Part shown: positions 45,541 to 52,644 of the stretch, one piece after another | How positions within the stretch are numbered: position 1 is the stretch's first letter | Layout: each line of letters starts with the position of its first letter | Assembly: GCA_964435455.1 (NCBI GenBank) | Contig: CAYSYH010000001.1 | Span: forward strand, 1 to 52,644 | From: an uncultured Candidatus Saccharibacteria bacterium | GTDB lineage: Bacteria; Patescibacteriota; WWE3; 2-01-FULL-39-13; JAACPI01 | Direction: 5' to 3' | Length of the DNA stretch: 52,644 nt | The notes under the pieces: generated by a model | What the model was told of the DNA's origin: nothing | The model's input: only the letters and a program-made list of their open reading frames with translations | The model's database searches: none | Translations under genes and position numbers: made by a program

Positions 45541-46050
45541 ATGCCCAATTTAAAACCTTTTGATTATTTTTTACAAAAAATAAAACTTTTAGGTATACCT
45601 AAAAACAGTTTTACTATTTTTGGGAGCTTTCCTATGTATCCTTTGGGACTTAAATATTTTTTTAGAGATATGGATATTGTGGTTAGGCTTAAATATTGGT
45701 ATAAGCTAGCTAAATTAAATAATCCAACTTTTAAAAAAAAGGTAATTTCTAATACAGGTTTAAGCTTTTTTGAAGGTAAAATAGAGGTTTTTTATGTTTG
45801 GAAGCCCGGAGGATTAGAAGATAAAACTTTATGGGATACCGAAACATTAATAAATACTTCATTTAAATTTAAAGGTTATAATTTTGTTAGTTTAGAAAAA
45901 GTATTACTCTATAAAAAACTATTAAAAAGAGAAAAGGACAAAGCCGATATAAAAGTAATACAAGATTATTTAAATAATTTAGTGTCAAATAATATTTATT
46001 ACGAAACCATGTCTGTATCTTTACCGCTCATTGCAGGAGATAATTTTTAA
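45541..46050 (+). CDS. Polymerase-beta-superfamily nucleotidyltransferase-fold protein (paralog of 43840-44298)
   Basis: FGSFPM-x13-DMDIV, IEVF and FVSLEKVLLYKKLLKREKD are colinear with the other copy. Confidence 0.55.
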   Translation: MPNLKPFDYFLQKIKLLGIPKNSFTIFGSFPMYPLGLKYFFRDMDIVVRLKYWYKLAKLNNPTFKKKVISNTGLSFFEGKIEVFYVWKPGGLEDKTLWDTETLINTSFKFKGYNFVSLEKVLLYKKLLKREKDKADIKVIQDYLNNLVSNNIYYETMSVSLPLIAGDNF

Positions 46051-46100
46051 CTAGAAACTATTTTAAAATTTGTTAAACTTAATATATATAGTATATATAC

Positions 46101-46175
46101 GCGGGTATCGTATAATGGCTATTATATCGCCCTTCCAAGGCGAAGATGCGGGTTCAATTCCCGCTACCCGCTCCA
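46101..46175 (+). tRNA. tRNA-Gly (anticodon UCC), encoded CCA
   Basis: Anticodon arm TCGCC CTTCCAA GGCGA, T arm GCGGG TTCAATT CCCGC, acceptor GCGGGTA/TACCCGC. Confidence 0.9.
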
Positions 46176-46194
46176 TTTTATAACTCCTATTAAA

Positions 46195-46270
46195 GCGCCC
46201 GTGGCTCAACGGCTAGAGCACCTGGCTTCGGACCAGGGGGTTGTGGGTTCGAATCCTACCGGGCGCGCCA
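46195..46270 (+). tRNA. tRNA-Arg (anticodon UCG), encoded CCA
   Basis: GCGCCCG TG GCTC AACGGCTA GAGC A CCTGG CTTCGGA CCAGG GGGTT GTGGG TTCGAAT CCTAC CGGGCGC G CCA. Confidence 0.9.
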
Positions 46271-46285
46271 TGGTTATGGCTGTTA

Positions 46286-46411
46286 TTATAAATATCTAAT
46301 TAATGTTTGGAGTAAAGCTATAATACCTGCAATAAAAATTAAACCCGCACTTACAAGCATTAACCCATAAATTAAACCTACTTTTTTTAAAATATCTTTA
46401 AAATAATCCAT
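46286..46411 (-). CDS. Possible 41-aa single-TM micro-protein, translationally coupled (TAATG) to the upstream gene
   Basis: My translation gives MDYFKDILKKVGLIYGLMLVSAGLIFIAGIIALLQTLIRYL. Its ATG shares one base with the stop of 46411-47187. Confidence 0.4.
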   Translation of the reverse strand: MDYFKDILKKVGLIYGLMLVSAGLIFIAGIIALLQTLIRYL

Positions 46412-47187
46412 TACTCGGGAGTTTGCATATTTTGTATTTCTTTAAGGTAATAGTTTACGCACCTTGCCCAAGAACCGCCATTTTTAACACTTGGAGGAGC
46501 ATATTTAGGCATTATCTTTTCTGGGGTATCTAAGCCTTGATCAATATAATATTTTTTTAGTCCTTTTGTTACTGTTTCTATTGCAGTTTCCCATGATCCA
46601 AGTCTATATTTGCCTGTTTTATTAGCTAAATCATATTCGCTTGCAGCCCACCCCCATGTATTATACGAATCTTTTGGTATTTTTTTACCTCCATTACCTT
46701 CACAATAACCTATTGCCGATACTAATCGCCAATCTATGCCATATTTATCTGCTGTTTGTACAATAAAATCGGCATATTCTTGCAAAGGGGCTCCATATTT
46801 AGAAAAAAACAACCTTACCTTTTCTGCTCTTGCATCGGTAGTTTTTGCTTCTACAGAATAGGTAGAAATATTTTTAGGATTTGCCACATAAACATTATAT
46901 GTTGGTTTTACTTGCTTTTTATTAAAATGATTGTAATTAAGGTAAACATAAGATGTTATACCCATTAACGATACAATAAAGAATAATATTGGTATTATTA
47001 CCAAATAACTAGTTTTAAAAACAAATTTATATTTAAAAAGTAATACTTTATTTACAATTTTTTGTGTTGTTAAACCTACTTCATGTTTCCAACTTTTTTT
47101 TATGTTCATGTATATAGGGGTTTCAGTTAATGAGTTTATAAAGTTTTTGGAGTTTAGCAATGAATTTATTGCTTTTTTATGTTTCAT
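46411..47187 (-). CDS. Membrane-anchored putative peptidoglycan hydrolase (lysozyme-like fold)
   Basis: One TM helix, then YGIDWRLVSAIGYCEGNGG ... NTWGWAA. This resembles lytic transglycosylase/lysozyme-like catalytic regions, but the identification is weak. Confidence 0.4.
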   Translation of the reverse strand: MKHKKAINSLLNSKNFINSLTETPIYMNIKKSWKHEVGLTTQKIVNKVLLFKYKFVFKTSYLVIIPILFFIVSLMGITSYVYLNYNHFNKKQVKPTYNVYVANPKNISTYSVEAKTTDARAEKVRLFFSKYGAPLQEYADFIVQTADKYGIDWRLVSAIGYCEGNGGKKIPKDSYNTWGWAASEYDLANKTGKYRLGSWETAIETVTKGLKKYYIDQGLDTPEKIMPKYAPPSVKNGGSWARCVNYYLKEIQNMQTPE

Positions 47188-47305
47188 AAGTGTATAACAC
47201 TTTATTAATTATACTAAAATTTATGTAAGTTTCAAGAAAGGGTATTTTTAAAGTAGTAGCTTAAAAAACAACTCTTGGAAAAAACCAAAAATCCTATTAA
47301 TATAA

Positions 47306-48077
47306 AGTAATGTAAAAAATTTATCTAAGGTTAAAAATGTTAATCCCTTTTATTTGTTAAGAGTTGGAGATTTACACCCTGCACATACCACTAAATATAA
47401 AGATGTTAAAAATAATAAATTGATATATAAAGACCCTACTTTATGGGAAGATTTAATTATAAAAATATTAATAAGTTTAAATTATTCTTTAAATTACTTT
47501 CCTTTTAAAATTAAGTATAGTAAGTCTTTTAAAGTTAGGGATTATTTACAAGCTAATCAAGAAACAAAAAACAAAAAACCTACCTATTTTAAACGGGAAA
47601 ATTATAAAACCAATAGAATATAAAAAATATTTAATAGCTGGGTTTAAAAAAGGCTCAAAGCATATTTTAAAGCACAAATTAGATTTATTACATATAGTAA
47701 CAAATTATAAAAGTCAGTACAGAGTTATATTAAGACCTACAATTATGTATAGAATTCCTTTTATTAAATATCAATTTCCACAAATATTTAATAAAAATAA
47801 AAATCCACAAAAATTTGTTTATAAAGAGTTAAAAAACTTTAAATTACAGCACAAGCTATCAAATACTAAAGGGTTGATTCAAAATGAATCTAAGTTTGTA
47901 AGCAAAGGAATAATACCTACATATTATGCCAATTTACATACAACAAACATATATACAAGCAATGGAGATATAGTTGCTAATTTAGCCCAAAAGCCCTTAA
48001 AAACCTTTACTAGCCATATTAAAACATTACCTACATTACTAAATAATTCTTTAAAAACATTACAAAGCTACAAGTAA
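47306..48077 (+). pseudogene. Degenerate, frame-shifted ORF pair without ATG start; possible remnant of a recombinase-like gene
   Basis: One frame is open over 47306-47623. A second frame is open over 47493-48077 and overlaps it across poly-A runs (47561-47580). Only a TTG start is available. LLRVGDL and HILKH resemble tyrosine-recombinase box I and II only weakly. Confidence 0.25.
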
Positions 48078-48130
48078 CCTTTTTAAATTTTATATAAACT
48101 AATTACATAGGGGTAATACTAGTATTTATT

Positions 48131-48205
48131 TGGAGCGGGTAAGGGGAGTTGAACCCCTATTTCCGCCATGGCAAGGCGGTGTAATAGCCGTTATACGATA
48201 CCCGC
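48131..48205 (-). tRNA. tRNA-Gly (anticodon GCC), encoded CCA
   Basis: Anticodon arm CCGCC TTGCCAT GGCGG, T arm AGGGG TTCAACT CCCCT, and the same acceptor stem as the UCC isoacceptor. Confidence 0.9.
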
Positions 48206-48281
48206 AAAAGTCTATAAAAGATTTTATTATAGTTTTGTTTAAAAATAAAGTATATTTTGGTAAAATAATCATTGCTAAAGG

Positions 48282-48357
48282 GCGCCCGTAGCTCAGAGGC
48301 TAGAGCAGTTCCCTTCTAAGGAAAAGGTCGTAGGTTCGAATCCTACCGGGCGCGCCA
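48282..48357 (+). tRNA. tRNA-Arg (anticodon UCU), encoded CCA
   Basis: GCGCCCG TA GCTC AGAGGCTA GAGC A GTTCC CTTCTAA GGAAA AGGTC GTAGG TTCGAAT CCTAC CGGGCGC G CCA. Confidence 0.9.
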
Positions 48358-48376
48358 TTAAAATATTTTATTTTAT

Positions 48377-48453
48377 CGGGGTTTGGCGCAGTTGGCTAGC
48401 GCGCTGCGTTTGGGACGCAGAGGTCACAGGTTCAAGTCCTGTAACCCCGACCA
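48377..48453 (+). tRNA. tRNA-Pro (anticodon UGG), encoded CCA
   Basis: CGGGGTT TG GCGC AGTTGGCTA GCGC G CTGCG TTTGGGA CGCAG AGGTC ACAGG TTCAAGT CCTGT AACCCCG A CCA. Confidence 0.9.
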
Positions 48454-48468
48454 TTTGAATAATCTTTT

Positions 48469-49470
48469 TTAATTTACCTTTTTGCTATACCAAATATCTA
48501 ACCCCAAACTTTTGTCGTCTCTTTTAAATAATTGTGCAAATACCATTTCTGTACCATCTGCGGTTATAGATACTTCTGCCACACCTACTGGGTGTGTTAT
48601 AAACTTAACGGGTTTGCTCCATTTTGTACCTTGTTCATTTTGCCTTGTAGTTTTGTAAATTGCCAAAGTCCCCCCACTGCGGTCTGAGGTAAAGTACAAG
48701 GTGTTGCAATCATCGGTAAGAAAGGGCTGAAAATCCGACACAGAATTTTTATTTTTAGCATTTATAGGGTACGGGGCTAGTTCTACCTTGCCCTTAAAAT
48801 TACTTGCTGTTGCGTTTTTCATAACGCATATATTTTGATCATTTGGGCAATCAAACCATGCTTCGTCTCTTTGCTCGCACAGGTGAATGTTTCCCTCGTC
48901 TTTTCCGGTGCCAAAATCAAGCCGTACATTGTTTTTGTACACAGTAACAGGTACATCTTTTTGTTGTACAAAAGATTCTTTTGTAGAGTTATAGTAAAGA
49001 TCCCCTGCAAGGGATATATACGGTGCAGTTTGTGTAGTAGGGTATTTTTTATTTTTAGATATAGGGTGTACACTTTTAGTTTTAAATGGTTTATTGCTGT
49101 AATAAATCTTTCCATCAATACCTTTTTTTATAGCCTCTTGGGGTTTGTATACAACGTAGTTTGTTATTTGCTCTGTAATTTTTGGGTCTAGTAAATTAGG
49201 GTAAGGGTGATAAAAAAATAAAATTTTACTCCCATCTCGGGTAATATAGGGCGAATCCTCCCACCCTGCGTCATTAAACTCAAGCTTAACAGGGGTTTGC
49301 CAGCCTTTTTGGTGTATAGTAGCTGGTATTAGTTTAGTATCATCATCTTTGTATTTAGGTATATCTGCAGGCTTTTGCGGCTCATCAGAACTTAAAACCG
49401 CAATAACTAAAAAAATAACTAAGCCAATTAAAAAAAACTTAAAACTAAAAAATCTTTTAACAAAAACCAT
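48469..49470 (-). CDS. Membrane-anchored PD40 (TolB-like) beta-propeller repeat protein
   Basis: N-terminal TM (FFSFKFFLIGLVIFLVIAVL). Repeats of the PD40 type are present (PYITRDGSKILFFY, PYISLAGDLYYNS, PFLTDDCNTLYFTSDRSGGTLAIY, VSITADGTEMVFA). The ATG at 49470 is preferred over the TTG at 49539. Confidence 0.65.
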   Translation of the reverse strand: MVFVKRFFSFKFFLIGLVIFLVIAVLSSDEPQKPADIPKYKDDDTKLIPATIHQKGWQTPVKLEFNDAGWEDSPYITRDGSKILFFYHPYPNLLDPKITEQITNYVVYKPQEAIKKGIDGKIYYSNKPFKTKSVHPISKNKKYPTTQTAPYISLAGDLYYNSTKESFVQQKDVPVTVYKNNVRLDFGTGKDEGNIHLCEQRDEAWFDCPNDQNICVMKNATASNFKGKVELAPYPINAKNKNSVSDFQPFLTDDCNTLYFTSDRSGGTLAIYKTTRQNEQGTKWSKPVKFITHPVGVAEVSITADGTEMVFAQLFKRDDKSLGLDIWYSKKVN

Positions 49471-49522
49471 TAATTTTTTATAAACCTTATTTAACTTATT
49501 ATAACAAGGTTTTAGTAATATA

Positions 49523-52500
49523 TTAATTTGCAATAACAAAACTATCTGCCAAAAGCTCCCCCTGCTTTAAAACTCGGTCGGCCTCTATCCGCGCCAAGTC
49601 CGGCGGGTAACCATATTTCATCAGAAGTTTTTTGACCGTCACGCGCAACTTGGCACGCACATCAGAGCGCCTTTCCCAGTCCACCGTTGCGTTTCTGCGG
49701 ATTGTCTCCACGATAAGATGAATCAACTCTCGCATCACCTCATCTTGCAAAAAAGTGGTTGATTGATTTTCTTTTAAAATAGTATAAAAAGCATATTCCT
49801 CCTCCGTCAGCCCTAATTCTTTAGCTTTGCCATCTTCCAGCTTCATCTCGCGAGCAATGTTTGACAGTTCCTCAATCACCTGCGCCGTGGTGATTTGGTT
49901 GTTGTGATACTTGCGCACAACTTCCTCCAGCATTTCCGAAAACTTTTTTGACTGTGTCAGATTTTTTCGTTTACGCACTTTCAATTCATCAGAGAGCAAC
50001 TTTCTCAAAAGTTCAAAAGCCAAGTTTTTTTGCTCCATATTTTTCACTTCCAGCAAAAACTCCTCTGACAAAATATCCAAAGAAGGATTATCTACGCCCG
50101 CGGCCTGAAAAATATCAATCACCCCGTCGGCAGACAATGCTTCATCCACAATTTGCCTCACCGCTGTTTGCACCTGCGCATCAGTTCTCATTCCGCCGGT
50201 ACCAAACTTGGCAATCCGCGCTTTAACAGCTTGGAAAAATGCCATTTTTTCACGGATCATCTCCGCTTCAGCGCTTGGAGTTGCCATAGCAAAAAGTTTA
50301 GAGAGCTTGCCTACTTCCGAGACAAAACGCTTTTTCACATCTTCATCGCGCAAAACAAAATCCTCCGCATCCAGCAAAATCTGCAACTTCTCTTTGGTGT
50401 CCACTTGAAAATATTTTTCATAATCAAAGCTGGCAAACATCTGCTCCACCACCTCAAACTTCTCTCGCATGCCGGCAATCACTTCCGCCATATCATTCAC
50501 CGCCTCCCCTTTGCCGCCACTTTCGGTATAAACCGCCATAGCGTTTTTCAAATCCTGCCCAATGCCGATGTAGTCAACAATCAATCCGCCCGGCTTGTCG
50601 CGATACACTCTGTTGACCCGCGCAATCGCCTGCATCAAATTTGCCCCTTGCATCCTCTTGTCAATATACATTGTATGCAGTGGTGGCACGTCAAAACCGG
50701 TCAACCACATGGACTGCACAATCACCAAATCCAACTCATCATTGATATCCTTAAAGCGCGCCGCCAGTTTGGAGCGGTCGCTCTTGTTGGTGTGGTGCGG
50801 TTGAAATTTTGCCGGGTCATCACTACTGCTTGTCATAACCACCTTGATTTTCCCTTTCATCAAGTCATCACTATGCCAAGCTGGACGCAAAGCAACAATC
50901 TGCTGATACAAATCAACCGCAATTTCTCGCGTCATCGCCACAATCATTCCTTTACCGGCAAAAACTTCTTGCCTTGCTTCAAAATGACTGACAATATCCT
51001 GCGCCATTTCTCGCAAACGCTCCGGTGCGCCCACCACTGCCGAAATTTGTGCCACTTTTTTCTTGGCTTTTTCTAATTGCTCCGGCAAGGCATTGGAAAT
51101 TGCAGAAATTTCCTCATCTATTTTCTCTCCTGTCTGCTCATCAAATTTTACTTTGATTAAACGCGCTTCATAGGAAATCGGCACCGTTGCTCCGTCATCC
51201 ACCGCCTGCTTGATATCATAGACATCAATATATTCTCCAAAAACTTTTTTGGTGTTGCGGTCGCCCAACTCAACCGGTGTTCCGGTAAAGCCGATGAAAG
51301 AAGCGTTGGGCAAGGCATCGCGCAAATGCTTGGCGTTGCCGTAGCGAGTTTCCACGCCATCTGCCGTCTCCACCTCTCGCGCCCTAAAACCATACTGACT
51401 GCGGTGCGCCTCATCGGCAATTACCACCACATTTTTCCTCTCGGTCAAAGCATCAAACTGCCCGCCATCTTCCGGATAAAATTTTTGAATGGTGGTAAAA
51501 ATAATGCCTCCACCTGAAACGCGTAGTAATTCTTTCAGCTCTGCCCGACTTTTGGCTTGTTTTGGCTTCTCTCGCAACAGCGAAGTACAGTTTCCAAAAG
51601 TGGCAAAGAGTTGGTCGTCCAAATCATTTCTATCGGTCAAAATCACCAAAGTGGGATTTTTCATTTTTGGATGTACCATCAACTGCCCGGCATAAAAAAC
51701 CATAGACAATGATTTTCCGCTCCCCTGCGTATGCCAAATCACACCCACCTTGTGGTCGCTTTCAATAGCGCGCAAAGTTTCTTTTACTGATTTTTCCACC
51801 GCGTAAAACTGATGATAAGCCGCCACCTTTTTAACAATCACCTGCTTAATAATTCCCGTCTTGTCATCTTTTACCTCCTCACGCTCAAAGACCGTATTAA
51901 AACGAATCAAACGCAAAAGTACATCTTTTTTCATCATCTCCTCCGCCATCACCTGCAACTCCGGCTCTCGTCCTTTTTGCCTTTCCTTTGGTCTTTTCCA
52001 TGCTAAAAATCGCGAAAACGGCGCCGACAAAGACGACACTCGCGCCTCCGCTCCGTCTCCAATCACACATAAGGCGTTGTAGTAAAAAATGCTCGGCACC
52101 GCCTCTTTGTAATTTTGAATTTGAGTGTAAGCTTTTTCCAAAGTGGCATTTTCATCTTCTGGATTTTTCAACTCCACCAAAACCAATGGCAAGCCATTGA
52201 CAAACAGCACCACATCGGGGATTTTATGATTGTTATTTTCTTTTATCTCAAACTGATTTACCACCCAGAAAGAATTGTTTTCTACATTTTCCAAATCAAT
52301 CAATTTCACCAATTCATTTTTTGTCTCTCCGTCTGCAAAATACTCAACCGTGATGCCGTCGGTCAGCATTTTGTGGAATTTTTCATTGTTTGCCATCACG
52401 TCGCTTCCGCCCAAATTCAAAATCTTTACCATCGCCTCAGCGCGTGCCGACTCCGGCACATTGGGATTGATGCGACGCAAAGACTCGCGCAACTCTTTTT

Positions 52501-52642
52501 CCAACACCACCGATGAGAAATTCTCTCTCTGCCCGGCGTCCGTATAGGGCGCAATTTCCGAGCCGTGAAAATACCGATAGCCCTGCTTTTGCAGCATTTC
52601 TATCAAGTATTTTTCTATGTCTTGTTCGTAAAGTTTTGTCAT
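49523..52642 (-). CDS. hsdR: Type I restriction enzyme R subunit (HsdR), complete
   Basis: PD-(D/E)xK nuclease (IPDVVLFVNGLPLVLVELK). SF2 motifs TQGSGKS, VIADEAHRSQ, FTGTP and QAIARVNR, plus a long helical C-terminal domain. 1039 aa. Confidence 0.9.
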   Translation of the reverse strand: MTKLYEQDIEKYLIEMLQKQGYRYFHGSEIAPYTDAGQRENFSSVVLEKELRESLRRINPNVPESARAEAMVKILNLGGSDVMANNEKFHKMLTDGITVEYFADGETKNELVKLIDLENVENNSFWVVNQFEIKENNNHKIPDVVLFVNGLPLVLVELKNPEDENATLEKAYTQIQNYKEAVPSIFYYNALCVIGDGAEARVSSLSAPFSRFLAWKRPKERQKGREPELQVMAEEMMKKDVLLRLIRFNTVFEREEVKDDKTGIIKQVIVKKVAAYHQFYAVEKSVKETLRAIESDHKVGVIWHTQGSGKSLSMVFYAGQLMVHPKMKNPTLVILTDRNDLDDQLFATFGNCTSLLREKPKQAKSRAELKELLRVSGGGIIFTTIQKFYPEDGGQFDALTERKNVVVIADEAHRSQYGFRAREVETADGVETRYGNAKHLRDALPNASFIGFTGTPVELGDRNTKKVFGEYIDVYDIKQAVDDGATVPISYEARLIKVKFDEQTGEKIDEEISAISNALPEQLEKAKKKVAQISAVVGAPERLREMAQDIVSHFEARQEVFAGKGMIVAMTREIAVDLYQQIVALRPAWHSDDLMKGKIKVVMTSSSDDPAKFQPHHTNKSDRSKLAARFKDINDELDLVIVQSMWLTGFDVPPLHTMYIDKRMQGANLMQAIARVNRVYRDKPGGLIVDYIGIGQDLKNAMAVYTESGGKGEAVNDMAEVIAGMREKFEVVEQMFASFDYEKYFQVDTKEKLQILLDAEDFVLRDEDVKKRFVSEVGKLSKLFAMATPSAEAEMIREKMAFFQAVKARIAKFGTGGMRTDAQVQTAVRQIVDEALSADGVIDIFQAAGVDNPSLDILSEEFLLEVKNMEQKNLAFELLRKLLSDELKVRKRKNLTQSKKFSEMLEEVVRKYHNNQITTAQVIEELSNIAREMKLEDGKAKELGLTEEEYAFYTILKENQSTTFLQDEVMRELIHLIVETIRRNATVDWERRSDVRAKLRVTVKKLLMKYGYPPDLARIEADRVLKQGELLADSFVIAN

Positions 52643-52644
52643 GG

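Larger units (their letters stand above)
48454..52644. other. Compositionally foreign segment starting at the 3' end of tRNA-Pro and running off the window
   Basis: Hand counts per 60-nt line: 15 G+C at 17401 (typical backbone), 26 at 48541 (PD40 gene), 33 at 49561 and 35 at 51301 (hsdR). Many long spurious ORFs appear on the opposite strand only here. Confidence 0.6.

Noticed and set aside
46246-48357. 25-nt direct repeat (46246-46270 and 48333-48357) as attL/attR of an integrated element.
   Set aside because: Both copies are the 3' ends of complete, differently anticodoned tRNA-Arg genes, so they are paralogous genes rather than a duplicated att core. No integrase is intact between them.
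48819-49191. ORFs 48819-49118 (minus, other frame) and 48835-49191 (plus) inside the PD40 gene.
   Set aside because: They are embedded in a longer ORF with recognisable PD40 repeats, and no independent signal supports them.
49911-52547. About 15 plus-strand and out-of-frame minus-strand ORFs (up to 307 aa) across hsdR.
   Set aside because: Stop codons are rare in this G+C-rich segment. hsdR has a complete set of nuclease and helicase motifs on the minus strand, and the others have none.
1-52644. Alternative genetic code (UGA as Gly or Trp, as in some CPR lineages and mycoplasmas).
   Set aside because: Standard-code ORFs already give full-length, motif-complete homologs for about 45 genes. 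That would not happen if in-frame TGA sense codons were common. At least one gene (38435-38776) ends on TGA.
1-52644. CRISPR arrays, rRNA genes, IS elements with inverted repeats, large structured ncRNAs (RNase P, tmRNA, SRP, 6S).
   Set aside because: I found no regularly spaced direct repeats and no transposase-like ORFs. No G+C-rich structured intergenic block is longer than a tRNA. The intergenic spacers are short or uniformly AT-rich.

Overview
AT-rich bacterial chromosome segment; a hand count of the line starting at 17401 gives 15 G+C out of 60. Gene content and domain losses look like a small-genome Patescibacteria/CPR-type organism, which is an inference because no database search was possible. 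The standard genetic code fits, since about 45 full-length housekeeping ORFs are intact with TGA, TAA and TAG as stops.

Contents, left to right:
- 1-6625: a type IV pilus assembly block (pilM, pilN, pilO-like) preceded by two large Asn/Ser-rich surface proteins and a small anchored protein.
- 6632-11915: a minus-strand housekeeping run of trmD, KH protein, rpsP, rnc, nusB, rpmF (absent from the ORF track), rsmD and recG.
- 11928-13289: tRNA-Tyr and tyrS.
- 13315-17381: a small membrane protein, a secreted protein and a class A PBP.
- 17384-23715: pheT, pheS, rplT, rpmI, an inserted 86-aa gene, infC and thrS.
- 23952-28708: an HD hydrolase, a decayed ABC exporter pseudogene and a csoR-copB copper operon with a recognisable operator.
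- 28806-34472: tRNA-Leu, tRNA-Ala, truB, a polytopic membrane protein, proS, a DUF45-type metallohydrolase and radC.
- 34683-38356: two paralogous small membrane proteins, tRNA-Val, a GT28 glycosyltransferase, clpP and tig.
- 38435-43708: a small lipoprotein, a PAS-GGDEF cyclase, a MacAB-type ABC efflux set with adaptor, and gap.
- 43840-46050: dus flanked by two paralogous nucleotidyltransferase-fold genes.
- 46101-48453: two tRNA clusters (Gly-Arg and Gly-Arg-Pro) bracketing a lysozyme-like gene and a degenerate ORF pair.
- 48454-52644: directly after tRNA-Pro, a compositionally foreign segment with a PD40 propeller protein and a complete G+C-rich type I restriction hsdR.

Most noteworthy:
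- An archaeal-type TyrRS is physically linked to a class I tRNA-Tyr with a C1:G72 pair.
- The composition jumps sharply at tRNA-Pro.
- Two polymerase-beta-type nucleotidyltransferase paralogs flank dus, next to tRNA genes.
- The pilus-linked surface proteins share a C-terminal module.
- A family of small glycine-zipper membrane proteins recurs across the window.

All functional calls rest on motifs read by eye from the supplied translations.
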